A DNA stretch of 64,000 nucleotides, taken from Mytilus trossulus (Eukaryota). The stretch covers positions 76,942,001-77,006,000 of the forward strand of contig NC_086382.1 in NCBI RefSeq assembly GCF_036588685.1, read 5' to 3'. This document shows positions 23,908 through 37,687 of the stretch, piece by piece. Position 1 is the first letter of the stretch, and each line of letters starts with the position of its first letter. The notes beneath the pieces were generated by a model. It saw nothing but the letters and a program-made list of their open reading frames with translations. It was not told the DNA's origin and searched no databases. The position numbers and the translations under genes are program-made.

Positions 23908-26900
23908 TCGTGGCCAAAATATTTGAAATCCAAAGCTTATATAAAGGATGAAGAGCTATAATCATATCAAACATAGGTGTGAAACAATTTTAATTTGTTA
24001 ATACCTAGCATGCAAAACAAGTATCTTCACCATAACTGTTTTTTTTTTCATTGCATTCTGAAGGAATATGAGTTTATAATAATCGAATTTAAATTGTAAT
24101 AGATATTTATTTAGCTATATTGCGTCGGGGAGGGGGTTGGGGTCCTGATCCCAAAATCCCGAGGTCCCGAATTTAAAAAAAGACCCAAAGATACCGAAAT
24201 CGCATGATTAAAAATACCCGATCCCGACGTCCCAAAAAATGTCCTGCCCCTCATCTCCCGACCCAAACCCCCCAACCCCAACCCCCTCATATTGTGTATT
24301 TTTATACTTCTGCTAGTCTTTGCAATTAGACCGGTTTTCATTCGTTCAATAATCTAACTTCAGATAGTGAATGAATGATGCGTAAACGCTACCTAACTTT
24401 TGTTATATCTCGAGATATGGAATAAATGATGTGTAGACGCTACCTCTCTTTCGTTATATCACGACATAGTGTATGAAAAATGTGTAGACGCTACCTAAAT
24501 TTTGTCATATCACGAGATAGTGAATGGATGATGTGTAGACGCTACTTCTCTTTCGTTATATCACGACATAGTGTATGAAAAATGTGTAGACGCTACCTTA
24601 ATTTGGCATATCACGAGATAGTGAATGGATGATGTGTAGAAGCTACCTAGTTTTCGTTATATCACGAGATAGTGAATGGATGATGTGTATACGCTCACTT
24701 GTTTTCGTTATATAACGAGATATTGAATGGCTGATGTGTATACGCTCACTTATTTTCGTTATATATCGAGGGAGTGAATGAATGATGTGAAGACGCTACC
24801 TATTTTTTGTTATATCACGAGTTTGTCGTTCAATAAACGACAATAAGGCGACAATAAGCTTCAACAAACGACTCTTAAGCGCCAAAAACTTAAGACGGAA
24901 ACTGAGTCTGGCACAAATACAAAATATCAATCCCGGTATCTTTGATGAATTCATTTACAACCACTGGGTCGATGACACTGTTTGTGGGGTTTTCATTGCC
25001 CGAAGGTTTCATCAGACCAGTAGTCAGCAATTCTGTCTTCACTTTAATTGTCGTTGATTAACAGTTAACAGAGTTTTGATTTTTTTTTATACTAAGCCGC
25101 TCTCTGACCTTTGGAATAGATTAACTTAGCTGTATTTGGCAAAACATTTGGTCCTTAGTGAACATATATTCCTCGTACTTTGTTTGGCATTTATTTGGCC
25201 TTTTTTTATACTATCGTCACCGATAAGTCTTTTGTAGACGAAACGCATGTCTGATGCAAATACAAAATTTCCATCCTGGTATCTATGATGAGCCTCCTTC
25301 ATTTAGTAACAAGAACAAATATTTAATTAGTTTAGCGACAAGAAAATATATTAAGCGTTACAACATTTTAAACATTGTCTATTTCAAATAAAACGAATAT
25401 CATAATCCTGTTACCTTTAATAGCATATATAGAAACATGCTTTAGTTTCTTTTTTAGTATACTTGTATTATAATCAGTTTACTATACTGTCAGACTAATG
25501 AATACATTTGTTTTGTTCAAAGTAAACAGGTTTTTTTTTATATATTTTAGATGAAATGTTTATTAATCAATATTTGAAACTTACCGGCGTAAAAAGGTAT
25601 AAATGAAAATGTTAAGACATTTTTTATGAACACTTCGTATAATCCGTTGATTGAAGGATTCGTTCATGCCGTATTATCTTAAAGTTAAAGTAATTTTGAT
25701 TTGCATAATCTATTTATCATTAGCTTCATTGTTGTAATAGTTATCAAAGATACCAGGATTATAACTTAGTACGCCAGACGCGCGTTTCGTCTACATAAGA
25801 CTCATAGGTGACGCTCAAATCAAAATATTTATAAAACCAAACAAGTACAAAGTTGAAGAGCATTGAGGATCCAAAATTCCAAAAAGTTGTGCCAAATACG
25901 GCTTAGGTAATGTATGCCTGGGATAAAAAAAAATCTTTAGTTTTTCGAAAAAGTTTTGTAAACAGGAAATTTATAAAAATTACCACATTATTGATATTAA
26001 TCTTAACACTATTATCATATTCATAATACTTAAAATAAATGTCTGACATGTTTTTTTACTTTATAAATCTGAACATATTAAATTCTGTGTAATATGTCTT
26101 TTTTAGTGAAATGTCACTTATGATAGATATAGGAAGATGTGGTGTGAGTGCCAATGAGACAACTTTCCATCCGAGTAACAATTTAAAAAGTAAACCATTA
26201 TAGGTTAAAGTACGGCCTTCAACACGGAGCCTTTGGCTCAAACCGAACAACAAGCTATAAAGTCTGTTTACCTATTATGAGAGGGTACAACAATTGCAGT
26301 ATTTTGACAGGGTGTTTTTTCGCCTACTATTAATTATGATACAGAAGGAAAAAAATCTTTCTGACTTTATTTTAAATATACTTTTTGTCGTTAAAATCAT
26401 GTATTTAACATTTTACATTTACTTATAATAACTAAACTATAATCCTGGTACCTTTGATAACTATTACCTTCAGATTTGAAATAACTGATATTTTTGTTTT
26501 TTACTTCTAATAAAGTTGTTACCAATTACTAGTAGCCATAAAATACTTACTTTGCGCTCAATAAATCATATGATAGTGATGTATGAAATCAAAATAAAAT
26601 TATAATAAATTAAACTTTCCTTTGAAGGTAAAACGCAAATTGGGGGAATCAAATAAACCTGTGATCACAATATCAAATCAACTAAATGATCCCACCTGTT
26701 ATTTACAGTCTATGAATAATTTATGATCCGATCAAACATAAGTATCATTAAATCAATCTGGAGGTAATGACCTTCAATTCGAAAAACTTATTTCTTATTT
26801 GAAAAAAATCATATATTATATATTCACACAGTAAATAGCTTTGTAATTGTGTATTATATCATCAAAGTCGATAGCTTACTTAAAGACGTTCACCAATCAA

Positions 26901-27521
26901 CCAAACGATAATAAGCTACTGAAAAATGCACATGAAATTATGAAAAGCAAAATAGTGACCCGACAAAATGTAATTACATCAATTATATTTGCTAAACAAA
27001 AATGTATGATATTGAATTATTTTCAAGCAAATGTATTTTTGAAATTCGCATAAGTGTAAACTTGTATGATTGAAAACAAAACAAAAAGATGCAATTTTTC
27101 AGAAAATTCCAAAGTTATATGCTTTATTAAATTCGTTCAGATTATTAAAATATTAGTATTCTCTGTTAAAATGCCAGCAGTTCAATGTATTTTAAAAATA
27201 AAGTATCAGAGTTATCTCTCTTTATATATCCAACTTTAATCTTCAAATGAGTAAAGGTCAAGTCAGGCGTTAAAATGTCTTCAAACGGCTGCAAGACTTC
27301 TTTTATTAAACTATCAATTTGGTTCGTTCGAAGATTTAGATAAACAGTCATGTGCTTTTGATACATTCCCGTGAAATACTAACATAAGACTACAATCTAC
27401 CCTCCGAAAAAGTTATTAGGAGATCTTTTGGCTGAAATACGAATGCCACCAATAGGTCTTCAACATAGCTGGTAGATAAGTGGTTTTCGTTATTCCTAAA
27501 CTGCTTTGTTACAAAATGTTC

Positions 27522-30500
27522 AGTTGAATTGATTCATATTTTCCATGTACGGAAATTTTATTGACGATTACGATTTCGTTTTCTCATTGTGGAAGGAAAG
27601 CGTTCACATAGCAAACATTTAAAGCAGATAAAACACGTTGAACAACAAAATTGCTATACTGTATGGTAACCTAACCCTAATCTGAAGCTAAACAAACACC
27701 GGTACTCGGAGTAAAATTGTGCTCGCAACAACAAATCCTGTATTTTGATTGGTTGATATCCGGGTCTAAAAGATTCGAAAGATTTATGACCACAATTCCA
27801 GGTCTTATCACAAACAACTATACAGACAAATTCGATGCAACAAAGTTAGTTACCATATTCATTCGTTTTCCAAACTACAAAAGTTTGGAATAAATTCCCT
27901 GAACTAAGAGCCTGCAGCATCAATACTTTATGCCTACAGAAGAAATACACCAGATATTACTCATCGTTACAAACCAATAATTAAATGTATAATATGGTTG
28001 TTGTCTTATACCAAAAAATTAAAAAATTAAAAGATTTACATACACAAATGCATTTAAAGATAACAAAAATATTGTTTTAATTATTAACAACACTGTGAAA
28101 CCAGGCAAGTGACTGATGTTTAGTATTACCAACACAGTGAAACCAGGCAAGTGACTGATGGTATTTATTAATAACACTGTGAAACCAAGTGACTGATGGT
28201 AATTATTAACAACACTGTGAAACCAGGCAAGCGACTGATCTTTATTATAAACAACACTGTGAAACCAGGCAAGAAACTGTTGTTTATTATTAACAACACT
28301 TTAAAACCAGGCAAGCGACTGATGGTAATTATTAGCAACACTGTAAAACAAGGCAAGCGACTGATGGTAATTATTAACAACACTGTAAAACAAGGCAAGC
28401 GACTGATGGTAATTATTAGCAACACTGTAAAACAAGGCAAGCGACTGATGGTAATTATTAACAACACTGTAAAACAAGGCAAGCGACTGATGGTAATTAT
28501 TAACAACACTGTAAAACAAGGCAAGCGACTGATGGTAACTATTAGCAACACTGTAAAACAAGGCAAGCGACTGATGGTAATTATTAACAACACTGTAAAA
28601 CAAGGCAAGCGACTGATGGTAATTATTAACAACACTGTGAAACCAGGCAAGAAACTGTTGTTTATTATTAACAACACTGTAAAACAAGGCAAGCGACTGA
28701 TCTTTATTATAAACAACACTGTGAAACCAGGCAAGAAACTGTTGTTTATTATTAACAACACTGTAAAACAAGGCAAGCGACTGATGGTAATTATTAGCAA
28801 CACTGTAAAACAAGGCAAGCGACTGATGGTAATTATTAGCAACACTGTAAAACAAGGCAAGCGACTGATGGTAATTATTAGCAACACTGTAAAACAAGGC
28901 AAGCGACTGATGGTAATTATTAGCAACACTGTAAAACAAGGCAAGCGACTGATGGTAATTATTAGCAACACTGTAAAACAAGGCAAGCGACTGATGGTAA
29001 TTATTAGCAACACTGTAAAACAAGGCAAGCGACTGATGGTAATTATTAGCAACACTGTAAAACAAGGCAAGCGACTGATGGTAATTATTAGCAACACTGT
29101 AAAACAAGGCAAGCGACTGATGGTAATTATTAACAACACTGTAAAACAAGGCAAGCGACTGATGGTAACTATTAGCAACACTGTAAAACAAGGCAAGCGA
29201 CTGATGGTAATTATTAGCAACACTGTGAAACCAGGCAAGCGACTGATGGTAATTATTAGCAACACTGTAAAACAAGGCAAGCGACTGATGGTAATTATTA
29301 GCAACACTGTAAAACAAGGCAAGCGACTGATGGTAATTATTAGCAACACTGTAAAACAAGGCAAGCGACTGATGGTAATTATTAGCAACACTGTAAAACA
29401 AGGCAAGCGACTGATGGTAATTATTAGCAACACTGTAAAACAAGGCAAGCGACTGATGGTAATTATCAACAACACTGTGAAACCAGGCAAGTGACTGATG
29501 GTAACTATTAGCAACACTGTGAAACCAGGCAAGCGATTGATGGTAATTATTAACAACACTGTAAACCAATCGACTGATAGTAATTATTAACAACACTGTA
29601 AAACCAGACAAGCGACTGATAGTAATTATCAACAACACTGTAAAACCAGGCAAGCGACTGATGTTAATTATTAACAACACTGTGAAACCAGGCAAGCGAC
29701 TGATGTTAATTAATAATAACACTGTGAAACCAGGCAAGCGACTGATGGTAATGAATAATAACACTGTGAAACCTAGGCAAGCGACTGATGGTACTTATTA
29801 ACAACACTGTAAAACCAGGCAAGCGACTGATGTTAATTATAAACAACACTGTGAAACCAGGCAAGCGACTGATAGTAATTATTAACAACACTGTGAAACC
29901 AGGCAAGCAACTGATGGTAATTATTAACAACACTGTGAAACCAGGCAAGCGACTGATGGTAATTATCAACAACACTGTGAAACCAGGCAAGTGACTGATG
30001 GTAATTATTAACAACACTGTGAAACCAGGCAAGTGACTGATGGTAATTATTAACAACACTGTGAAACCAGGCAAGTGACTGATGGTAATTATCAACAACA
30101 CTGTGAAACCAGGAAAGCGACTGATGGTGATTGTTAACAACACTGTGAAACCAAGCAAGCGAACGATGTTGATTGTTAACAACACTGTGAAACCAGGTAA
30201 ATGACTGATGGTAATTTGTAAACAACACTATGAAACCTGACAAGGGACTGGTGGTTATTATTAACAGTCCTGTGAAACCTAGGCAAGCGACTGATGGTAC
30301 TTATCAACAACACTGTAGAACCAAGCGACTGATGGTAATTATTAACAACGCTGTGAAAGCAAGCGACTGATGGTAATTATTAGCCAGTTGGTGTTCTTTT
30401 TTTTCTGTACATAAAGTGTTACTGTTCATACAACCTGTGTATGTGTCATGTCTTCGTCGATGAATTCAATATCTGTGAACCTAACCTTAATCCTTACCCT

Positions 30501-33500
30501 AACTCTATCTTTAAATCTAAAACATAGGTGTGCTAATGCCATTTTGTGATCATTTAATCTTGTGTACGCATATACATGTCAACTATTAATTTTTGTTCCA
30601 TTTGGTTTTTTTTTAAATATTAAAACAAGGAAATCTAAAATATCTTCTCTTTCATTATGTTATCCTTTCTGAGCGTGAAACCTGTTTTTTTCTATAGTTA
30701 AACTGAATTAATACTCTGAACATATACCCCTTTTTGTGTGATATGTTTTTATATAATTTGTATCTGGTTACCGTTTTGTTTCATATTATTCAAATAAACA
30801 TCTAGTCAATAAAATAAGATAGAAAGATAGTTATATACTAGTATAAGGCAGGATATGTCAGTAAACATATCCCCCTTTTTGTTGGATAAAGATATCAATC
30901 ATTTGTTTCTCTTTTATATAATTTGTATCCGGTTACCGTTTTGTTTCATAAGTTATATGGATTTTCAAGAGAAGGAATATCATTTACCCAGTATTAATAA
31001 TTCATAGACATGTAGGTTGTGAACATGATTCCTTTTAGTCAATAAAATAAGATAGAAAGATAATTATATATAAGGAAGGATTTGTCAGTAATATGATTTC
31101 AAAATATATCTTTTAGAATGCAAAAGTTTCTTCACTTTGATGTTTTTAGATTGAATTAAAAAACATTGTTCTTAAAGAGGGACGAAAGATACCAAAGGGA
31201 CAGTCAAACTCATGAATCTAAAACAAACTGACAACGCCATGGCTAAAAATGAAAAAAGACAAACAGACAAACAATAGTACTCATGACACAACATAGAAAA
31301 CAAAAGAATAAACATCACGAACTCCACCAAAAACTAGGGGTGATCTCGGGTGCTCTGGAAAGGTAAATTTCTTTGAAAGAGGGTTGCGATCATTCTTTCG
31401 TAAATTTAACGGACGCCATCACGAGTTGGTTGACCGGTATGGAATAACCGTTTCACAGATGATATCGGAAATACTCCTCATGACGTAACAACAATTTACT
31501 TCCCTTTTCACCACAAATGTGACCTACCGCATTAGACAATTTACCGGGTTTGTAATAACACGAGCAACAAGACGGGTGCCACATGTGGAGCAGGATCTGA
31601 TTACCTTCCGGAGCACCTGAGATCACCCCCAGTTTGTGGTGCTATTGGTGTTGTTCTAAATTCTTTTGTTTTCTATGTTGCGTCATGTGTACTACTATTT
31701 GTCTCTTTGTCTTTTTATTTTTTAGCCATGGTGTTGTCAGTTTATTTTCGATCTATGAGTTTGACTGTTCCTCTGGTATCTTTCGCCTCTCATTCTTGAT
31801 GTTGAATATTTGGCAAATTAAAGAAATTAAAGAAACAACAGACACGGTTTTCTCTATCTTATTTTGAAACTATTCCTCGAATTATTAATAAGCAGTCATC
31901 CCAGAATATATGACAGACGAGCCGTTTTTAATTTTGAAATATAAATTTCCCCAATCTAAAGAGTATCGATATCGGTAATATATAACCAAGTTTGTGTGGT
32001 ATTCAAGAGCTTGCATCCGCTACACAGACTTTCACTAGTTACTGATCAGAAAGTTGATAAACCAGGGTTAGGTCAAAGAACGTCTCGTCCCTTTCCACAA
32101 AAAGTTCATTGGAAGCTTCCAAGACCTTGTTGATAACCGTATTAACTAAACATAATATACGATGCTCTTGAACTATAGCTAGGTACTGACGTTGTTAATC
32201 TTAATTACGTGTTACAATGTTCTTTTATTTGCCTATGTGAATACTACTTATACTGTTTAGTCTACTTTTGTATAATTGTCTTTTATTTTTAATAATGTAC
32301 TCTGTCTATAGGTCTTTTTGTGTTTCTTTGTTTGAAACATTTGTTTGTTACTTAATGTTTATAAAGATTATAACACAATGTTGACTGCTGTACTCCTATT
32401 TTAACATATTATATAGATATAAAATGTTTATCTGGTCAAGATCTATCTGCCCCATTTTTTCAGACATATCGGACAACCCGTTGTTTGGTTGCTGTCCTCG
32501 AGATGGTTATTTTATTAGAAAACGGCAAGTTAAACTAATCTAGATTATATTTTAACAGCAAAATAATAATAATATAAGAAACGGTGTTTAATAGTTAAAC
32601 CTATCACAGATACCAAGATATAATTTTGTATTCACGCATATACGCGCGTCTCGTTTACAAAAGACTCAAAACCTAATATATGTGGTAACTAGAACCCAAC
32701 CTAAGTGTGGTATTCAATATGTGGGACAGACGGGACGAGAGTATTTCAGAAGAAATCAAGAACATCTGTACCGCTTTCGTAGACCCAAAAAATTCAAAAG
32801 TTTAGTATATCAGCATTTAGATAAGCATAATCATAATCTGAAATATATAAAATTCCAACCGCTCGAAACCGTTCAAAAACAACCAGGAGAATCGCACAAG
32901 CAATTTGAAAAATCACGCGAAGTTCGCGAATTGTTTTGGATAAAAAGACTTCAAACAGCTTATCCTCTCGGTCTAAATGATAAAATATTAGGGCAGGGGA
33001 ACATATCTAAAACTCATATCGATGTCATTAATATTGTTGATAAACGACTTAGAGATAATAGGTCTCATGGTAAACGCAAGAACCGCAATCAACGTATTAA
33101 ACATCGTATAAATTATACACTTGCTGATCTGTTATCTATAATAAAGAATAATGGCAGACATCAAGTATTATGCAAACTGGGTCAGATACCTATAAGTAAA
33201 TTATATGCTATTTTTCTGGAGTGTGATAAAATTTCTTTTTTTAGCCCATTTTATGAATACACCCATATTATTACAGCCTTTTGTCATCACAGGCTTTTTC
33301 TTATTATTGATAAACCTGAAAATCATAAACGACATTTTCTCAAATTAAAATATATAAATAGAGGTATTGATTTTATTAATTTGTCTAGCATATTCAATGA
33401 CTCTTCTGTCTATAGCTTAATACCTCCATATTTTGATAATATAGAACAACCCATTATTTCGTATTCTTATAAAAAACCGAGCAGAAATTTGATTTTCAAT

Positions 33501-35012
33501 TATACGTCAATTACAACAGACGTCAATATAGAAAATAATGTTCCTTCCACTTGAGATTGCGAAACATCTAGTTTTAAATATGTTCCCTAAGGTAATGTTA
33601 TCACAGGAGACCTCAACATAGTCGATGACCGTGAAGTCATAACTTTTCTAAAGAAAGGACCGAAATACCGTCCTCCATCTACAATAGATTGGAAACAGTG
33701 TCGTCAGGTTATTAAAAACGCTCTGTCTGCCTATTGTAAAAATTGGTGCAAACGTGAAAAATCCGATAAAAAATCTTTAGACAGTTATTTGAATAAAATT
33801 ATGAATACTGTTGATATTCGAATATCTCATTTAGAAAACAATTCTGAAATTAATAATAGGAACCATGATATACCCATTTCTAGAATAAAAAAACAAACTC
33901 AAGGTACTCGCAGAGCGGTTTGTGTTCGTACCGGCAGACAAGGCAGCAAATAATGTAGTGGTGGTGTGACGCATATACTACTCGAAAGTCTTCAAAACGA
34001 AATTATCATTCAGGTCAGTGCGCACCACAGAGAGTAAAATCGTTAACAAGCATACCACTGCCACTGCCTAGCTTAAAGCATCTTCCGAACATTTGAAAGT
34101 CCCTACCATGTACTGGTTACCGAAATTACACCAAAAAAAAACATTTAAATTCCGTTTCATCTCCGCTTCGAGTAAGTGTTCTACTACTAATCTATCAGTG
34201 CTTCTAACCACCTCCCTTACTACTATCAAAGAACTGGTTATTAACTTTTGTAATAAGGCTTATGAAAATAATGGTATTAATTTTTTTTGGAGTGTTAAAA
34301 ATTCTTTAGAGGTTTTAGATTAAATACATGCTTTCAATGGTCCTTACAATTCTGTTGACAGTTATGATTTTTCTACTCTGTACACTACACTTCCACACAA
34401 TCTTATAAAGAAAAAGTTTTCGTATTTGATAAAATGGTCTTTCGAAAAATCTCATTGTAATTTTATTTGCTGTAACTCGTTTAAGGCCTTTTTCTGCAAC
34501 GAAAAAGGAAAGTATGCTAGATACACTTACTGCAAATGTGAGGATATGATTGAAGCTTTAAACTTTCTACTTGATAACATTTATGTACGTTTCGGCGATA
34601 ATAAAGTGTATCGTCAGGTAGTAGGTATTCCTATGGGCACCAACTGTGCCCCTTTAATAGCAGATTTATTTCTATATTGCTATGAATCTCAGTTTATGAC
34701 CAAACTCAGTAAAGACCCATCATTGTTACATTTGGTTGATACATTCAAAAATACCTACCGTTATCTGGATGATATTTTTTCGTTGAATAATCCAGAGTTC
34801 TCTAAATATACTTATTTACCCAAACGAACTTACTTTAACTAAATCTAACATAAACAGCAGCAGTTGTCCTTTTCTAGATTTAGACATTTCTATTTCAAAT
34901 GGGAAACTCCACACTACAATTTACGACAAAAGAGACGATTTTTCATTTCCTATTGTTAATTTTCCTTTTTTAGACGGCGATGTGCCGTTGGCTCCATCAT
35001 ACGGTGTTAATA
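27522..35012 (-). repeat. Inverted copy of 1-7281
   Basis: 27522<->7281 (agttgaattga = reverse complement of tcaattcaact); ORF coordinate sums 34803/35013. Confidence 0.97.
28078..30383 (-). repeat. 42-bp minisatellite, copy 3 (inverted, 210 bp = 5 units longer)
   Basis: The mirror coordinate sum shifts from 34803 to 35013 across the array, and the ORFs are 70 aa longer. Confidence 0.98.
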
Positions 35013-35051
35013 TATCGCAACTCGTTTTTGCCCGTGTGTGTTCTGATGTCC
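32668..35051 (+). mobile_element. Decayed Naiad-type PLE, copy 2 (full extent visible: 5'-truncated at the GIY motif, 3'-truncated in the RT thumb)
   Basis: NLIYVVT..QYVGQT; *DC..FKYVP*GNVITGDL; KGPKYR; VPADKAANN; YWLPKLH; YDFSTLYT; GIPMGTNCAP; RYLDD; FLDLDI; YDKRDDFSFPIVNFPFLD; SQLVFARVCS. Confidence 0.95.
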
Positions 35052-35508
35052 AATGTTGGGTATGTGTGGATTTACCTCCCTTAAACTGCTTGTAAATTAT
35101 GTATATTTTTGAAAAGTTTGAAGAAGAAATCTTTAATTGCACAGTATTGTGCAATAGATTTGTAAGATCTTGACATTTGTTTTGTGTCAGAAACTCATAT
35201 TATGTTAAAAGTTTGATCACAATCCAAATTCAGAGCTGTATCAAGCTTGAATGTTGTGTCCATACTTGCCCCAACTGTTCAGGGTTCAACTTCTGTGGTG
35301 GTACAAAGCTGAGCCCTGTGGAGCACATGGTTTTTATTTGGTTTCAAGTTGACCATGTAAAACCCCGATACAGATGAATCTGCATGTTGACACGTTCAAA
35401 TCTAACACACTATGTACCATTGAGTTAAGACGGTGAAGAATTTATACTTTTAAAGAAAACCCGATATCTCTTCTTCAGATATTTTGCTTCAATATATTCC
35501 TTGCCATG

Positions 35509-36051
35509 CATCTTCGCTAGCCAAGGGTTACGATACACTCCCGCTCTCTTCACCCTTGGCGGATTGAGATAAAATTTCGGAGACACAAGGTAAGGATTTT
35601 TATTGGTTGCAGTCAAAACTCGCTGCATCCAATCAAAATGCGCCTGTAACATGATCACGTGTAAATGTAGAAAGTGTTTGTAAACAATTGCCACGTGTTT
35701 TTTGTGCAACAAGCCTTTACATCCCTAAACATACGACTATATTTAGTGAAAACTTGAATGTTTTTAATCAACAAATGGAAGTTCCTGTGTATGTTTCATG
35801 CACAAATGCATGAATGTTGACGTATGCTTTCATTTCCGGCTTTACCAAGTGTGTAGCATCTAGACGCTACCGTGTTTTTACCTCCAAGCTGAAGAGTTCA
35901 AGTGCTACCATTGGTCAAGACTAATGTATTCGGAATTGGCGTGGTTTTTATCTTCCGATAGATGGCGCAACATTGTTATCACAAATGTTGGCTCAATCCG
36001 CCAAGGGTGAAGAGAGCGGGAGTGGATCGTAACCCTTGGCTAGCGAAGATG
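35509..36051. mobile_element. 543-bp MITE with 60-bp TIRs and 9-bp TSD (Mutator-like); mirror copy at 40994-41536
   Basis: TIR catcttcgctagccaagggttacgat.cactcccgctctcttcacccttggcggattgag (1 mismatch). CTTGCCATG occurs at 35500-35508 and 36052-36060. Confidence 0.92.
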
Positions 36052-37260
36052 CTTGCCATGATACTCATTACATACTACAAGATTTTTCGAAAAAGGGAAA
36101 TTTTATAGACAAACACTAAAAAACGCACAACACTACCATTGATAAATCTTGCTTGGTATTTTTAAATGTTAAAAACTTAATGTTGCTCGTGCTTCATAGT
36201 TGTTATAGGACTGCCAAAACCTTTACCGTCGTACATTGGTATCACGTTGTTGTCTGCGTCATCCAAGACAGTTGGTTTCCGGACGACAACTTTTATAAGT
36301 AGTAGTGAATAGAAATCCTTGAAAATTATACAAAAGGTTAATAGCCTCAAAAGAAAGGTTGGATATGATTTTTTTTTATAGTTTAGGTGTAATATCACCA
36401 AATCATGGTACGTCACATCCGGTTGTATACGAAAGTAGGTAAAAAAATATTCCCTTGAATTTGACAGTTGTAGGTAATTAATCCTACATTTTATTGCAGT
36501 AAAACCATTTCTGTGTCATAAACATATGTCATGGGTACTTCAAAACACCATTATTTTTTATTTGGGATTTCTATAGAAAATTTTGTAATCTTGTGGTTTC
36601 ATGGTGACTAAACCTAGTACACAGATAAAATAAGGGGAGAAATTTGATTGGTTAACTTCCAATGATGGTTATTTTCTTATATGCAATGAAATATGTGATG
36701 TTTGGGGAAAGACGGCTTCAAGCCGTCAATCCCCTATGGGGTTGACCAGAGTGACACTCCCTCACATCATTCATTTTGTTTTTATACATGTTATAGTGTG
36801 GAAAGCCCCCCAACAAATCTTACTTAGATTGAAGAGAAGGAGACCCAGAAATGAATAGTTTGACTTTAAACACTTTTTTACACATTTCCCTTCTGTTTCT
36901 CACGAAATTATCGTACCTTGAACTCTCCTTTACACTATTTACGTTTATTTTACAATCCGGAAAAATTAGTATGACGAGGTATTCTAAATATATCCAACCT
37001 ACATTGTATTTTATAATGACGTCATTCTTGGAAGAAGCAGGGATATCCTTCACCAGTTCACTGGTTATTTAAATCATTCTTAGAGATCGCACACTAATTA
37101 CAAATTTGTATTTGTTAAATCTAAACATAATATTGTTTACTGTAGATGATTTAAACATCAACATGCAATACTTTAATTTGTAGGTCAACAACTTTCAAAA
37201 TAAACAAAGATCGTGGGGTTACATGAGACAGGGGAAAGAAACGATTTTATTACTTTTTTC

Positions 37261-37391
37261 GGGTCTCACTAATTAGAGACAAAAGCGTCAAGAAGCGACA
37301 AGAAGTGTCAAGAAGACTAGCGACAAGAAACAAATTTTCTTCTTGTCGCTTCTTGTCGCTAAAATTCTTTTTGTCTCTAATTAGTGAGACC
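37261..37391. mobile_element. 131-bp foldback MITE with 9-bp TSD; mirror copy at 39654-39784
   Basis: TIR ggtctcactaattagagacaaaa / ttttgtctctaattagtgagacc, internal gcgacaagaa repeats in both orientations, ACTTTTTTC on both flanks. Confidence 0.85.
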
Positions 37392-37687
37392 ACTTTTTTC
37401 TGTAAAAATTCTGAGAATCTTCCTCCAATTCAGGAGCACCTCAATTGATGAGTAATTATCCACTAAAATAAAAGTTAATGTATTTAAACACTTCAAATGT
37501 GACATTTCATTGGATTAGTAGTCTTCTATTAAAACTAAATTTTTGTGTACCTACATAATCATTGTAATGGTAAAAAAAAAAATGATAAAAATTTGCATTT
37601 TGTAGTTTAAACATATTTATTATTTACAAATATTTCAAAATTAAAATTAAAATTTTGAAACAAGCTTCACACAGTTTACATCACTCA

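Larger units (their letters stand above)
15674..27082 (+). repeat. Segmental tandem duplication, unit 2 (11,409 bp)
   Basis: Identical ORF translations at +11409. Similarity ends at 27085 (…aaaacaaa|aagatgc versus …aaaacaaa|catatca). Confidence 0.97.

Noticed and set aside
31560-31625. SECIS element in the PLE 3' repeat (gacgggtgc…gcacctgag)
   Set aside because: It lacks the AUGA quartet and the apical AA at the required spacing, and belongs to a different PLE family from the TGA-bearing one.
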